DNA of 64,000 bases from Octopus bimaculoides. Taxonomy: Eukaryota. This document shows, in pieces, positions 36,152 through 50,887 of this stretch. The translations under genes and the position numbers were made by a program. The notes beneath the pieces are model-generated. The model was not told where the DNA came from. It did no database searches and was given only the letters and a program-made list of their open reading frames with translations. Numbering within the stretch: position 1 is the first letter of the stretch; each line of letters opens with the position of its first letter. The stretch lies in assembly GCF_001194135.2 (NCBI RefSeq), contig NC_068983.1:137441317-137505316 (forward strand), written 5' to 3'.

Positions 36152-38390
36152 TATCATGAAAAAGAGTACATTTTCTTCTGTGTGTATGCGTGTGTGTGTA
36201 TATATATATTTGATGGATCGAGTTGTATTTTTGTATTAAAAGACATTTTCACAAATATCGGTCTTGATTTTATTTTTGAAGAAAAGTAGTGTGCAATGAC
36301 TAGGTAAATTTTTTTTAATCTCACACTTAATATTTTAGGATACTTCACTATTGATATGTTTTTAATTGCATTTGGTTAGCGAGTTAGTTTCCAACAAACC
36401 AGTCACTAGTTCATTGCAAAAGTATCTCCAAAATATTTGACCCTTCACCTCCCTCCCTCCCCCCTCCACTCACTTTATCCAACCCCATATCCCTCTGGCC
36501 TCTATTTCTATAGCTGTGCATCTTTCACTCTCTCTCTCTAGTTCATCCCACCCTGCACATCAACTGCATCTTATTTTCAGTACATTTTACTGCTACTCTC
36601 CTCCCTTACTTTGCTACATACAATGTGTCAATTCTTGAATCACTCCTATTTTTTCACTTCCTTCACTACACCCAGTTCTTTATCCATATTCTCTCTTACA
36701 CTTGTATTTTGAGACTCTGCTCTGTCACTATCATCATTCTATTTTCAGATATCCCACCCACTTTTATATACTGTGAAGTAGCTATTTGTCTCCTTTGTCC
36801 CTCTTTCATACTTTAGCACCTCAGTGCCACCTCCCTCTCTAGTACAACCTTTTATCATCCCTTAGATTCTGTAAAATAATTGGTGTTAGGAAGGGCATCT
36901 AGTTGTTGAAGCCATGCGAAAACATGCATTGGAGCTCAGCACAGTTCTCTGGCTTGTTGAATCCTGTCAAACTATCCACCCCTTGACTTTAAATGGTGTT
37001 CATTTCTATGCTGGATTAGATAGTTGAAAAAGGATCCTGTAAGGACTGCATCTTATTCTGATATTTCAGTCTTGATATGGTTTCCATGGCTGAAAGCCAT
37101 TGAACCACTTAGCAGGTAGCTGGGTGCATTCTTTGATGACACCACTACTATAGAGGTCTTTCCAGGTAAGATTAAAAGGCTATCTCAATCTGTGCTTTGT
37201 TACTGCTCAATTTGATTTACTAACTACATACAGTGTTCCGTGCTAGGGTTTTTTTTGTTCTTTTTTTTTTTTTTATACCTGTACATCACCAACCAATAGT
37301 GCAGGTTACTTTGTAACTCACAATTTGAAAGCAGTAAAAAGATGATGGAGGAAACAAGTTTGTGAGTGTTTGCTAATGGAGTAAATGGGAAGCCCTGCTG
37401 CTGGCACCTTGGGCCAGTGTTTTCTACAGCCCTGGGCCATCCAAAGCCTAGTGATAGGATTTGGTAAATGAAAGCCCATTATGTATCTTTTACTTGTTTA
37501 AGTCATTAGACTGTGTTCAAGTATTGAAAGGTTTGGATGAACAAATCTACTTCAGTGCTTTTTTTTTTTTTCTTAGCCTGGTACTTTATTCTATTGGTCA
37601 CTTTTTGCGGAACTGCTGAGTAATGGGGATGTAAACAAACTAACACTGGTTGTCAAGCTAATGGGGGGGGGGCATAAGTCATACGCTTGCTGTTATTTTT
37701 TGCTAGGTTAAAAAGTAAATAACTGGCTTTAATATTCTGTTTTAAGGTAAAGCTAACCAGATCCAACCTTTCACACCTCCCCATACAATATCATTCTAAA
37801 AATATACTATCACATCAATATCTTGAAGCTGCAAGATGATTATATTTGGCAAAGAAATCTAAATGCTAAAGTATAAGTATGAGCTTTTAAAGGTATTCTG
37901 ATGGGACTAATTACAACATTTGTACATATTCTACATTTTAAGTAACATTTTTCTCTATTAACGGGTGTTTTTCAGATTTGAATATTTTCATGTTGGTTGT
38001 CTGATTTACAACTGTGAAAGTAAATCAGACTAGCAAAAACCATATCACTTGCCTCATTATAATACAGAAACTTAGGGCCACAGCCATAAGATATGTTAAA
38101 CAATTGTGGTACATTGCTATTCTAAAGACAACATTTAACAAGGTTAAAGCAAATGAAAATTTTGCATAAATTATTATTTTTGTCAGTGTAATTCAAAGAC
38201 AATGTTATGTAAAATACAATAAATGTTATATACATTGAAATGGCACCTGATTATGAATGGAGATGACTGTATAACCAGCCAAAATATTCTTTTCTTTTTT
38301 TTGCTCAATACAGCCAGATGTGGCCTCTTGCACCTACCTTACAATGTCATTTGAAAAATAAACTGTCTCATCATTGAAATCTTGGAGAAA

Positions 38391-38855
38391 GAAAAGCAAT
38401 AGAAAACTCCAGCTAAGTCAAAAGTATTTACTCACAATCAACTTTTATTTCCTATTCAATGTGGCCACCACCTGCAGCACGGGCAACATCAGTGTGATAA
38501 GAGAGCTCCTCCCAGACGCATATCAGTGTATCACAATCCACTGAGTACTTTGGTTGTCTGGTTGGATTCTCTATCAAAGTTTTTCCATTTCCTTTCTGTG
38601 TCAATATCTTTTGGAATTGCCTCAGGCAAAGCATATTTATTCTTTAGTTCCATAATGAACTTGCTTTTGATATACTGATACACATCTTGGAGGATTTTGC
38701 CTGTGCTGCAGGTGGTGGCCACATTGAACACTTGTAGGACAGAAAATAAAAGTTGATTGTGAGTAAATACTTGTGACTTAGCTGGAGTTTTCTATTGCTT
38801 CTCCTTATTAAAATATTGCATAATGAAATTAGTTCATTCTTTTTGAATAACCCTG
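38391..38855. mobile_element. Fold-back derivative of a mariner 3' end
   Basis: Arms 38394-38486 and 38697-38800 are near-perfect inverted repeats containing AAGGGHIE(HL*). A mariner-like end TTTTGAATAACCCTG-TA lies at 38855. Confidence 0.75.
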
Positions 38856-41800
38856 TATATTACTAGCTTTGACAACAGATTTACTGCAATCCCAGAGAGC
38901 AAATGAACAAGGAGGAAAGAATGAGCAGTTAGAAGATACTTGTCACAGCTAACTTTGAAAATAGAAAATCTTAACCGAACATAGACTTTTTGCATTAGAA
39001 ACTATTTGCAAATATTACTAGAAAAATTATAAAATTTGAACTGTCTTCACTTATACTCACAGGAGAAAAATAATTGGCCTTCACATTGATCTACATAGGT
39101 TCAATTTTAAAATTTTGGAAACTTGCTCACTAAATTTGATTGCTGTTACATGAAGCAGGTCAGGAAAACAAATTTTTACCAAATCAAACTGTACTACACT
39201 GTTTATAAATTTGAGCAGATCAAGGCAGTATATACACAGCTAAATTTAGTTTTAGAGTTCCTACATATGTCTTGCATAATCTTACTAATAGTTGGATGCT
39301 TTTTTTTTTTTTTATCAGAATAATTTATGGTGTTCATTCTTTTGTTGGCATTGGTGTAGTGACTGACAGATTTCTATATTTCCGTGTGGATATGTGATTA
39401 AATATTTTTGGTTAGTAGGTGGTCTGTGTTACAAAAATTAAACTTTAAAGCTCTTTGTCAAATAAGTTTGTAGACGATAATTCTTTTTGTCTGCTTAATT
39501 GAATCTGTTTATTACTGTTTGCTATGTTTTAAGCAGTACAATAAAAAGTCATCTTTCAGTAAAAGCACTGACTCTAAGGATGAAAATATTTATCTTTTAA
39601 AAAATCAAGACATATCTATATGCCTTTTCTCATTTAGTTTTTTTTTTTTTTTTATGACTGAAATACGAGAGTAATGCTATATCTCTAACAGAATATTTAT
39701 TCTTGTGCTTTTTTTCATCTCATGTTTCTCATTTGAACCTAATAAGTCTAATAATCGTAGGAACAATACTGCCTCTCACTTTCTTAGAACATAAGGACTA
39801 AATTAATTTTGTCACTAATTAAATTGCCATCATCAAATATAATTAGTTTCATTTTACCACATAATGCCAATTGTGTACTTGAAGTATTCAGTATGCTGAC
39901 TATATTTCTTTCTTACATGGTCACAAGGCCTCAAATTGGAGTGGGAGCATACAGATAGTAGTTTCATCTCTGTTGTTAGCTTGGTACTTTATCAACCCCA
40001 GAAGTTATTGTTGGCACCAATGAATTACATGGCTGTAAGAAAAAGAAAAAAAAAAAAACTATAATTTATTCATTGGTGGGGGAACATGAGATTTTGGTTT
40101 AGGGAACTAGCTGGAGGAGAGAAACCATTATTTGGCATGGAGACTATTCATGCAATTCTATCTAAGCACCACCTTCATAATATGATTAATGTTTTCATTA
40201 AATAAGCCACATGTTTAAAATTTAAAATAGAGGTAGTTGAAATGTATCAAAATAATACCCTAAAAATATATTTATCCCATATTGTAAAGGTATATTTTTC
40301 ACAGTACTGATATTTGGATGCAAATTGCACTCATACCAGTGACACATAACAGGTACTCGTGCTAGTATGCATTATGGAGGGCGTCCAGCCATAGAAACCA
40401 AGCTAAAAGAGACTGGAGCCGAGTGCAATTCTCTGGTTTAACAGCTCCAGTCAAACTGTCTTACCCATCCCAGCATGGAAAACAGATTCTAAATGATGGT
40501 GAAAATGACTTGCTAAATGATAATCTCCAATGATTTGATTGAAGTAGAAGTTCCCTCTCACAGCTTCTTCAACTGGATATTAAAGCAGATATTGAAGGGA
40601 AAGGAGTCAAATTATTGCAGCCAGCAATACTCATTTTAGGGAAGAAGAAAAAAAAAAAGCATACTTGCGGTTATAAGAGCATTTACTTTCATGCTATGTT
40701 TAAAATTTTTTAAATGTGATCAAGTCTTGGTTAGAGAAACCTGAAGATCGTATGACTGGTTTCCTGCTTCTGTTGTTTCATAAAGTACTAGAAAGCTTAA
40801 AGTATCAATGCCTTTCACCTTTTCTGTGAAACTCGCATAAAAATGATAATGAAATAAAAGATTTTCCAGATTTCAAAAATAATCAGATAAATTCAAACCA
40901 TCCAGGATGTTGGGACGCATGGTAACCTTATGACTGATTAAGAAGCTTGCTGACTAACCATGTAGGCCAGGATTCAGTCACTGCGTGACATCTTTGATAT
41001 TTCCTGTGGGCCTAGGTCAACCAAAGCTTTGTGAGTGGATTTAGCAGACAGAAATCGAATATAGGAGGTGTCAAAAATAGTGCCCAACTCTTGTTTTAGG
41101 GTTGATATATATGACTTCCCAATTGAGAAATACTTCTCATGCTTAACTATAGTTTTACGGGTTGGAATATCAAAGAGTATTAACATGATACATGATCCAG
41201 ATTTAGTAACTCTTAAAACTGTTAATAATAACCTGCAAAATAACAAAGGCACGACTTTCCAGAAACTGGGTGCTAATTTTGACTCACCCTGTATGTATGT
41301 GTGTGTTTGTGTGTACCCTTGTCTAGACACTACATAATTGTAAATGAGCATCGATGTCATACAAGCTGGGTTCGTTTCCCATTTGGAAAACACGATTAGC
41401 TATGGGAAAATATTACCTTGTTTGGAAATTTGAAGGTTGGTCACAGGAAGGGCATGCAACTATAGAAAATCTACCTGGGCAAATTCTGTCTGACCTATGC
41501 AAGCATGGAAAAGTAGACATTAAATGTTGATGATATATATATATGTATGAGAGATTTCAAAGTAATCTTAGCAAAGACTAAAGCATTAGTCAATAGAAGA
41601 CAGGACTCATCTAAAGATAGCCATGCTTGGTGTTTAAAAAGAATGTCCATGTGGTAACCGAGCATAAGCTATTGACACACAAGGTACGTAGTAAAAACAA
41701 AAGCAAGCTAACTAGAGAAGGTATATACCATGTAATAGAGGTGTGCAGAAGCAATGAATACTAAGAGCATATGTAAGACAGACTCTCCAGTACCCTCTTT

Positions 41801-43459
41801 AGAAACAGCTGATACCTTTTGTTACCTAGAAAACCAAATTAGCAGTAGGAATGGGTATTTAGAATTAGAAGTGATCAGGAAAAGTTCAAGGAGCTATTTC
41901 GCCTGTCTAGAAACAAAGGACTTACTCTTAGAATATGATGATTACACACTGCTGTGCAGCATAGTAGTAAGACATAGACCTTTCAGAGCAGAGAATTTAC
42001 AAAGACTAGGATGAAACGAAGCAAGTATGTTCCACTAAATGTATAATGCTTGTGTGTAAGAATAATAAGGGTCATATGAACTGAGAATAAAACTGAAAAT
42101 AAGAGACAGGTGTAGTGCACAAGAAAGAAGACCTGTCAGTAAGGGCATGTGATACATATGGAAGAGTTGTGTAAAAATGTACAACCTTATGTGAAGACAG
42201 ATCTGAAATTGTTGCTGCTTCTCATAGAGAATATAACAAAGGACTACGTTGATAGACAACATCCTATGTAGGAGGAGACCCACTTTATATATATAGTCAT
42301 TATCATTTTCCATGCTGGCATGGATTGGATAGTTTGACAGGATCAGGTGAACTGCAGGCTCTGTCAGCTGTGGCATAATTTCTACAGCTGGACACCCTTC
42401 CAAACCATTTAACAGAGTGCTCTTTTCAATGCATCAGCACTAGTGAGGTTGCCAAGTAATGTAACAACATGTTACATTTTTTATATCTTTTCCATGACTG
42501 GATGCTCTTTCTATTACAACATGAACTGAGTGCATTTTATCCAGTTTCTTATAGTTGTCCATTGAATCCAATGACAGCTGTCCTCTCTTTTGTCTGTGAC
42601 TCTTTTCATGGAGAGGAGACAAGTGTAAGTCTATGTGTATGCTACTTTTATCATATCACCTGATAGTATTAAATGTGTTTCTCTTTCATAGCTTGAAATC
42701 ACCAAAGTAAGTGGAGAGCATCAGTTTCTTCCACTTTGAAATTGTTACTCCTCTAACAACCCTTTAGCATTCAGTTAACTCTATCAAATGCAATGCTTAT
42801 TTATTCATTTTTCAATTTATCATGCATTGTCTCAAAGCTACTGATTTACAGATGTTTGCATGATTTTTCTATCAGTTTCTTCAGTTATTTTGGAACAATA
42901 AAGTTCCTAAATCCAAATTCAACATTTCCAGACCTTCACAGTCTCATTTCCAAGGGATATGGCAAACTATGGGCTCACTAGAAAAGATGGTCACATGATC
43001 AATCTTTCAGAATTTCAGAACTTGACTATGCTCAAATTTCATCTTCAACATTCAGGCATCTGAGATTCCAACAATCCAAGAAAAATAAATCCAATGCCTT
43101 GGGAAGAATTACACCTGTACCTTGAAGGACAACAGCAATGCCAAAGATATCAAGAACCAAATGAAAAACTAGCTGAGGGCAGCTGATAAAAGCCAGCAAA
43201 GTACAGTGCTTTCCAAATGGCATCATACCTAGATTGCAATGGTCATTTTTATTTTATAATTTTGCCATGACTCAGATGGAGGTAATAAAGAATCGTACAG
43301 TAAATTCACGCAAAGTGGCTGGGTATTTCTTTAACTTTCAGTTCAGTCAACCTGTGGAGCAAGACCTGTAAGTATATGCAGTGTATGTGTGTGTGTAGTT
43401 GTCTAAAAATTGATAAGTTATATGTACTCATAAGTTTATGAATAGAGTTAGTGGACCTA

Positions 43460-43815
43460 AAAAACTCTGGATTCAGTCTCATTGCATGGCACTTTGGGCA
43501 AGTGTCTTCTACTATAGCCTCAGGCTGACCAAAGCCTTGTGAGTGGATCTGGTAGATGGAAACTGGAAGAAGCCTGTCATATATGTACATATATATGTAT
43601 ATCTATGTGTTTGTCCCTCACCACTGCTTGACAACAGATGTTGGTGTGTTTATGCCCCTGTAACTTAGCGGTTCAGCAAAAGTGCTCAATAGAAAAAGTA
43701 CTAGGCTTTAAAAAATAAGTCTTGGGATTGATTTGTTTGACTAAAAATCCCTTCAAGGCAGTGCTCCAACATGGCCATAGTCAAATAATTGAAACCAGTT
43801 ACAGATAAAAGATAA
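43460..43815 (+). mobile_element. Full-length tRNA-derived SINE copy
   Basis: Reverse complement of the 8250-8626 family, with A-rich tail. Confidence 0.75.
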
Positions 43816-44903
43816 AAAATTGCTTCAAGATATGCAGCTTATTTTATAAATATGCCTGTTCAAGTAGCATAAGAGCTTGAAACTGTTAGCATCTCTTTCA
43901 GTGATGTATTCAAATTAATAGTTATCTCTCACTGGATGGAGTACTTTTTGTTGATTCTACCTCTATTGGCTCTTTAAACTATATGTATATATATGTGTTT
44001 GTATTTTATAAATGCAATGAACAATAAAAGAAAGAAAATCACAACTCAAGTGGGACAAGTTTTAATAAATACTGTATTAGCTTGTGCTTAAAAGGAAGGG
44101 AAGGTATTAATGTTTCAAACATCAGTGTTTGAGAGAGAAATGCATTGAAGTAGTTATAAAAAAAGAGGGAAAAATGAATGTTGGTTTAGGAATCAGGTGG
44201 GAATGCTGTTCTCTGGCAGAGTTATGAATGGAGGAGGGCTGGATATGTATGTACACGTATAGGAGTGCATCAAATGAACACATGGGGAAGGAATAGTGTA
44301 AGTCTTTTTTTTTGCAGGTGTGTTCATATGTAGGTATGTTGAAGTGTTAGCATGTGTAATTACATTATGTGTGAGGAAAGTATGGAAGTGAAGAGATGTT
44401 CATGAGTATGAGACAAAAAAAGAAAGTATTTGTGGAGAGTGCAAGGAAAGTGTATGCAAGAATATGGATGTAAGACATTGTAACATAAAGGGAAGCTATA
44501 AGTGAAAGGATTGAAATTGAGAGAAAAAGTGCAAGATTAGGGAGAGAAAAGTGAGAAAGAAAAAAAAATAAGAGGAAAGTTGGAGAAAAATTCTTTCTAA
44601 TTCAACACTGGTAAAAAAAAAGTTGAGATTTTGAGAGGTGAAAATCACAAACACTGGCAAAAAATCAAGAAAGCATGGAAAGGAATTGGTAAAAGGAAGC
44701 AATAGATGCATATGTGTGTGTCAGCATGGAAGGTGGATGTTAAGTGATGATGATGTATACATCACTTCTAAACCACATAGTTTCAGGTTCAGTCTTGCAG
44801 CTGGTTCCTTAGGCAAGTGTCGTCTACGATAGGCTCAGGTCAACCAAATCCATGAGAGTATATTTGGTAGATGGAAATTGGAAAAAAACCTGTTGTATTT
44901 AAA

Positions 44904-44953
<50 letters not shown>

Positions 44954-45857
44954 TATATGTGAGTCATCTAAGAGACAATAAGTTAAGGAAAAAATGCATT
45001 TGTATATCTGTCAGCAGAGTGGGTATATTATTCGAAATGTATTAAATATGTATCACGGCTGATCTTACCAATTGGTTTCGTGTAAAGAATACAATGGAGT
45101 GTTAGGTAACAAACTGATTATATAACTTTATGCTCATCAGAGTTAGCTAATAATAAAGAAGGGAATATGCTGACTGCGCTTTATCGTTGGAGGTGAATTA
45201 GTACAACCGGTCAACGGCTGTTGTGAAAAAGGTGGTGAAATGAAAAAGGGCCAAGGGATTAGTTTAGGAGTTATGTATATCCACCTTCAACGGTTTTTCT
45301 AATAAGATTGACAGTGGAAGTTGAGTTTAACCTTAGGCTGCTGATGAGAATTAAGGTAGTCTACACCAAAATTCGAAATCACGATATGGCTATATATATA
45401 TATGCTAAGGACTTACCTCCCTTCATCAGCCATTAAGTATAGTGCTTTAGTGGGTTTGGAGTTAATTTAACTCTTATTTTAGCATAAGCGGTGCTAATCA
45501 TCACCCTCCGTCACTTTTGTGACCTCTATTAACTTTGCCTTTAGGTTCTAATTACTAATAAGCCACCCTTTTAATTTGTTGTGCACACACTAATGTGTGT
45601 GTGTGTATGTGTTCAACATATGTAGTGTATATAGAGAAACTTCGTACATAGTTCATTTCTTCGTTTCGGTTTCAAGTTTTCATTGTACTTATGTTTTAAA
45701 GCCTTTAGGTTCTTGAACATTGCATGATATTCACAGTAATTTTAAAAAACAGTTGTTTGCAACTGTCTAGTGAATTTAATTTACACACGCAACGTTGGTC
45801 AATACCATACGTTCATCCGAATTATTTTATATAGCGTATTCATCATTTTTTGTGACT

Positions 45858-46232
45858 ATGGAATTCACTGTTACTAAACGTGGCGGCAGGAAATTACTAT
45901 ACAATGGATACGCTTATACTGTCGACAAGAAGAAAAATAATATTACATATTGGAAATGTGAAGAAAGAAGAAAATGCGTTGCAAGACTCAAAACAATTGA
46001 TGATGTTCTTCAGTATGATCCACCACCACATTCTCACCCACAAGATGCCTGTAGAAACGTTGTTCTCAAAACAATACAACAAATTACAGCAGGAGCTAAC
46101 GACACAGAAGTTACGAGTACGATAATTGAGAATTGTACACCGGCTTTACCTCAAGAAACAGCAAGTTCCCTATCCCTAAAGGAAAATCCAAACAGAAAAA
46201 GGAGAAAAATGGAAATATTTCAAACGCACAAA
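45858..46232 (+). CDS. Variable exon V12: FLYWCH zinc finger (Mutator-type, 125 aa), phase-0 donor
   Basis: TKRGGRKLLYNGYAY...YWKC..RKCVARL...HSH followed by basic NRKRRK. Acceptor TTTTATATAG| at 45834; donor AAA|GTAAAC at 46232/46233. Confidence 0.88.
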
Positions 46233-46570
46233 GTAAACATATCTACTTTTTTTTATATTATCATTTGTGTATTTTATCACACACTCAAATTTAATAGGAA
46301 AATTAGTGATATTCTTTAGCATTGGTTTTGAAACGCTAAATGAAAATCCTATTTATTTGATTCAAATTCTTAGAACTTGCTTCACATAATATATACTTTC
46401 ATTATTCAGGGCTTATACGGATTGAGACATCACACACACTCCTGTGTGTGTGTGTGTGTGTGTGCGCACGTATGTATGTCTACAGTACCCAGATATGCAC
46501 CTATACATAACAGGTGGATGTCGGTATGCACATACCTGTACGTATATATGCATATACTCATTTACTCTAT

Positions 46571-46622
<52 letters not shown>

Positions 46623-46746
46623 CCTAACATATATATATGTATCTATAGATACACACACACAACCTATATATCTGCATATAAATGTTCACTTTAGTGTCCC
46701 TGCTAAATTCTGGTGTTAGTGATGCGTCTGTCAGATATATATATAT

Positions 46747-47518
46747 AAACAAAACACAAAGGATTCTGCGGTACACGTGTTTCAAGCTTTATAGTTGTTA
46801 CATCAGTGTATAATTGACAGTATAAAGCTATCTTCAGCCGCAAATGTATTCTCTCCCAAGAATTATATCACATAGAAAGATGAGATATAAGAGGTGAGGT
46901 TCCGTTTGGTATTTTGTGTTGCAATATACCTCGTAGAATTCTTAATTTGATATATTTATACATAATTTCCTCGGTACTCCGGAATCCAACCCGTCTAAAT
47001 GGCTTAGATGTATCTTAATTTACTATCCAAATTTTCTCTTATTGTTTCTTAGATCACCCGCCTCACCGATTTGACTCCTTTTATTTTTATTTTTGTATGA
47101 ATATCTGTGTATTTTTCTTCTTAGTATTTTATATTCCTTATTTTATNNNNNNNNNNNNNNNNNNNNNNNNNNNNNNNCTTTAACACTACCCTTATAACTA
47201 ATATTAAATAGTATTGTTTACTTAGCGTTCACTACACACTGAATTGTGGCAAGGTATGGACGGATTCCGGAGTACCAAGGAAATTATGTATAAATATATC
47301 AAATTAAGAATTCTACGAGGTATATTGCAATACAAAATACCAAACGGAACCTCACCTCTTATATCTCATCTTTCTTCCTCCTTTAACTTCTATGTGATAT
47401 AATTCTTGGGAGAGAATACATTTGCGACTGAAGATAGCTTTATACTGTCTATTATACACTGATGTAACAACTATAAAGCTTGAAACATGTGTACCGCAGA
47501 ATCCTTTGTGTTCTGTTT
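46747..47518. mobile_element. MITE-like element with ~250-bp inverted arms (31-N gap inside)
   Basis: 46747-46995 is the reverse complement of about 47258-47518, with several mismatches and one indel. Confidence 0.7.
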
Positions 47519-47617
47519 TTATTTCTACATTTACAATTTATTCATTCGCCCCGACCACGAGCTGGAATACACAGGTGCTTGCAATTATCAAGTATTACCT
47601 CTAACATTTACTTTACC

Positions 47618-47649
<32 letters not shown>

Positions 47650-47809
47650 GATAAATGTATATATACACGTACAGGTATATATATATATATATATATATGT
47701 ATTATATATATTATATATACATGTATATATATGTTTCTATATGTATGTATATATATATTTATGTGTATATATATATATATATTCTATATATATGTATGTA
47801 TGTATATCC

Positions 47810-50340
47810 CAGGGTCACACAGGCCCACTCCTCCCACACCGTCAGAATTGGCACTCTCAACATCGGCACACTGAAAGGTAGGTCTGGTGAGATTGTTGAG
47901 ATGCTTGAACGGAGACGGGTAGATTTGTGCTGCATCCAAGAAGTAAGTTGGAGAGGAGGTTCTACGAGGTTCCTCACAGGCAAAGAACACAGATACAATA
48001 TTTTCTGGGCAGGGAACACTGACGGAGTCGGGGGCATGGGAATACTCCTAGCAGAGAAATGGGTTGATAAGGTAATTGAGGTAGTCAGAATATGTGACAG
48101 AGTACTTAAGATTAGACTAGTGCTTCATCATAGGTTAGCTACCGTCATCTCGGCCTATGCCCCTCAATCGGGACTACTGGATGGGAAGAAAGACCAATTC
48201 TACTACACCCTTCTGCAAACTACCTCATTGACGAATGACGGGGACCTTCTCTTTGTGGCTGGTGATTTCAATGGTCATGTTGGACGTCATGCAGGGGGCT
48301 TCCATGGCATTCATGGAGGCTATGGCTTCAGTTCCTGCAATGAGGAGGGAACCAGACTGCTGGAGTTCTGTGATGCAAACGATCTTATGGTTTGCCATGC
48401 CAACTTCAGGAAACCTGCCTGTCAACTAGTCACCTACTGTTCTGGTAGACACTCTAGCCAAATTGACTACATCCACGCCAGAAATAGGGAAAGAGGGCGA
48501 CTTATAGAATCCAAAACCTTCCCTGGCGAAGAATGTACCCCTTAACACAGATTAGTAGTTAGTGACTTCGGAATCAAGGCAGAAGTAGACCGGCTTGGAG
48601 GAGAAGGGTTTGGAAGCTTAAAGATCCTGAAAATGGACAGAGATTTAGAGACATACTACTTGAAGCATTTGACGAAATAGAAGGGGATATAGCATCATAC
48701 AACGTGGACGACAACTGGAGGTTTCTACGCGACAACCTGCTGAGAGCCACCGACCAGATCTGTGGCTGATGTAAAGTCCTCTCGCGACCCATAGTAACAT
48801 GGTGGTGGAACAATGTGGTTGACAGGGCTATTAGACAAAAGAAACAGGCTTGAAAGGACTGGAAGAACGGAGGTAGCAGGGAACTGTATCAGACTGCTGG
48901 AAGGGAAGCTAGGAGACAGGTTTACTTAGCCAGAGGGGAAGCAGATAAGAAAAAGTTTGCCAATGTTCTGTGCCGTGAGGACCAAAGACTTGAAGTATTT
49001 CGTGTTGCAAGACAGTGTGTGAGAGAGATGGTACACTTGCACTATATGAGGCTGCAAAGAAAGAGGTTTGGAGATGCCACTATGAAAGGTTGCTCAATAA
49101 AGAGAATGAATGGGAGAAAGAAAGTCTGCTGAATGTCGACCCAACAGAGGGACCAGCTATCCAAACTGACAGTACCATGGTAGATAAAGCAATTAAGACT
49201 ATGAAGACAGGGAAAGCCCCCGGCCCATCAGGAATCACCGCAGAGATGCTCAAAATATCTGGTAGTGTCGGCTATAGCCTAGTCACCCATACTGTTAACC
49301 AGGTGCTACACGAAGGAGTCATACCCAATGACTGATGTAGCAGCACCATAGTCAACTGTTACAAAGGTAATGGTGACACTTTAGATACAAATAATTACAG
49401 AGGTATCAAGTTGTTAGATCAGGTAATGAAAGTCACTGAGAGGGTCATAGCCCGACTAATTAGGGAGCTAGTCAGTTTAGATGAGATGCAGTTTGGGTTC
49501 ATGCCAGGGAAAAGCACCACTGATGCTATATTTCTGGTAAGACAGCTGCAGGAGAAATACCTAGCCAAGGATAAACCTCTGTACTTGGCTTTCGTTGATA
49601 TGGAGAAAGCCTTTGACAGGATCCCCTGATCCCTCATCTGGTGGTCAATGAGGAAACTAGGGATAGAAGAATGGTTAGTGAGAGCTGTGTGAGCCATGTA
49701 CAGGGACGCTGTCAGTAAGGTGAGGGTTGGCAATGAGTACAATGAAGAATTCTGGGTAGAGGTAGGGGTCCACCAAGGTTCTGTCCTCAGCTTCCTCCTA
49801 TTTATCATAGTCCTCCAGGCGATAACAGAGGTATTCAAGACAGGATGCCCCTGGGAGCTGCTCTACGCTGATGACCTTGCACTAATTGCTGAGTCACTAT
49901 CAGAACTAGAGAAGTTTCAGGTGTGGAAGCAGGGACTAGAATTGAAGGGCCTTAGAGTCAACCTAGCTAAAACCAAAGTCCTAATAAGTAGAAAGGTAGA
50001 CAAAACACAAACCCCTTCAGGTAAATGGCCCTGCTCGATCGGTACAAAAGGTGTATGTGGCAGATGTTCAGGTGCAATAAACACTGAAAATGTGCAGAAA
50101 ACAACTTCTGTCACATTCCAGGGAGAAAAACTGGACGTAGTTGATAGCTTCCGATATCTGGGTGACCAAGTTAGTAATGGGGGTGGGTGCGCTGAAAGTG
50201 TAGCTGCTAGAATAAGAATAGCCTGGGCAAAGTTCAGAGAGCTCTTACCTCTGCTGGTCACAAAGGGCCTCTCACTCAGAGTAAAAGGCAGACTGTATGA
50301 CGCATGTGTACGAACAGCCATGCTACATGACAGTGAAACA
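47810..50340 (+). mobile_element. RTE-clade LINE (APE endonuclease plus RT), inactivated by stops, 3' end lost in a gap
   Basis: RIGTLNIGTL, AYAPQ, GDFNGHVG, SQIDYI, KAPGPSGI, QFGF, AFVDMEKAFD, GVHQGSVLS, LLYADDL; several in-frame stops. Confidence 0.95.
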
Positions 50341-50887
50341 NNNNNNNNNNNNNNNNNNNNNNNNNNNNNNNNNNNNNNNNNNNNNNNNNNNNNNNNNNNN
50401 NNNNNNNNNNNNNNNNNNNNNNNNNNNNNNNNNNNNNNNNNNNNNNNNNNNNNNNNNNNNNNNNNNNNNNNNNNNNNNNNNNNNNNNNNNNNNNNNNNNN
50501 NNNNNNNNNNNNNNNNNNNNNNNNNNNNNNNNNNNNNNNNNNNNNNNNNNNNNNNNNNNNNNNNNNNNNNNNNNNNNNNNNNNNNNNNNNNNNNNNNNNN
50601 NNNNNNNNNNNNNNNNNNNNNNNNNNNNNNNNNNNNNNNNNNNNNNNNNNNNNNNNNNNNNNNNNNNNNNNNNNNNNNNNNNNNNNNNNNNNNNNNNNNN
50701 NNNNNNNNNNNNNNNNNNNNNNNNNNNNNNNNNNNNNNNNNNNNNNNNNNNNNNNNNNNNNNNNNNNNNNNNNNNNNNNNNNNNNNNNNNNNNNNNNNNN
50801 NNNNNNNNNNNNNNNNNNNNNNNNNNNNNNNNNNNNNNNNNNNNNNNNNNNNNNNNNNNNNNNNNNNNNNNNNNNNNNNNNNNNNNN
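50341..50887. other. Assembly gap (other gaps at 47147-47177 and 52763-52978)
   Basis: Runs of N. Confidence 1.

Noticed and set aside
46377-47881. ORFs rich in YI/CV/HT repeats (also 15031, 62070 and others)
   Set aside because: Translations of (TA)n and (CA)n microsatellites.
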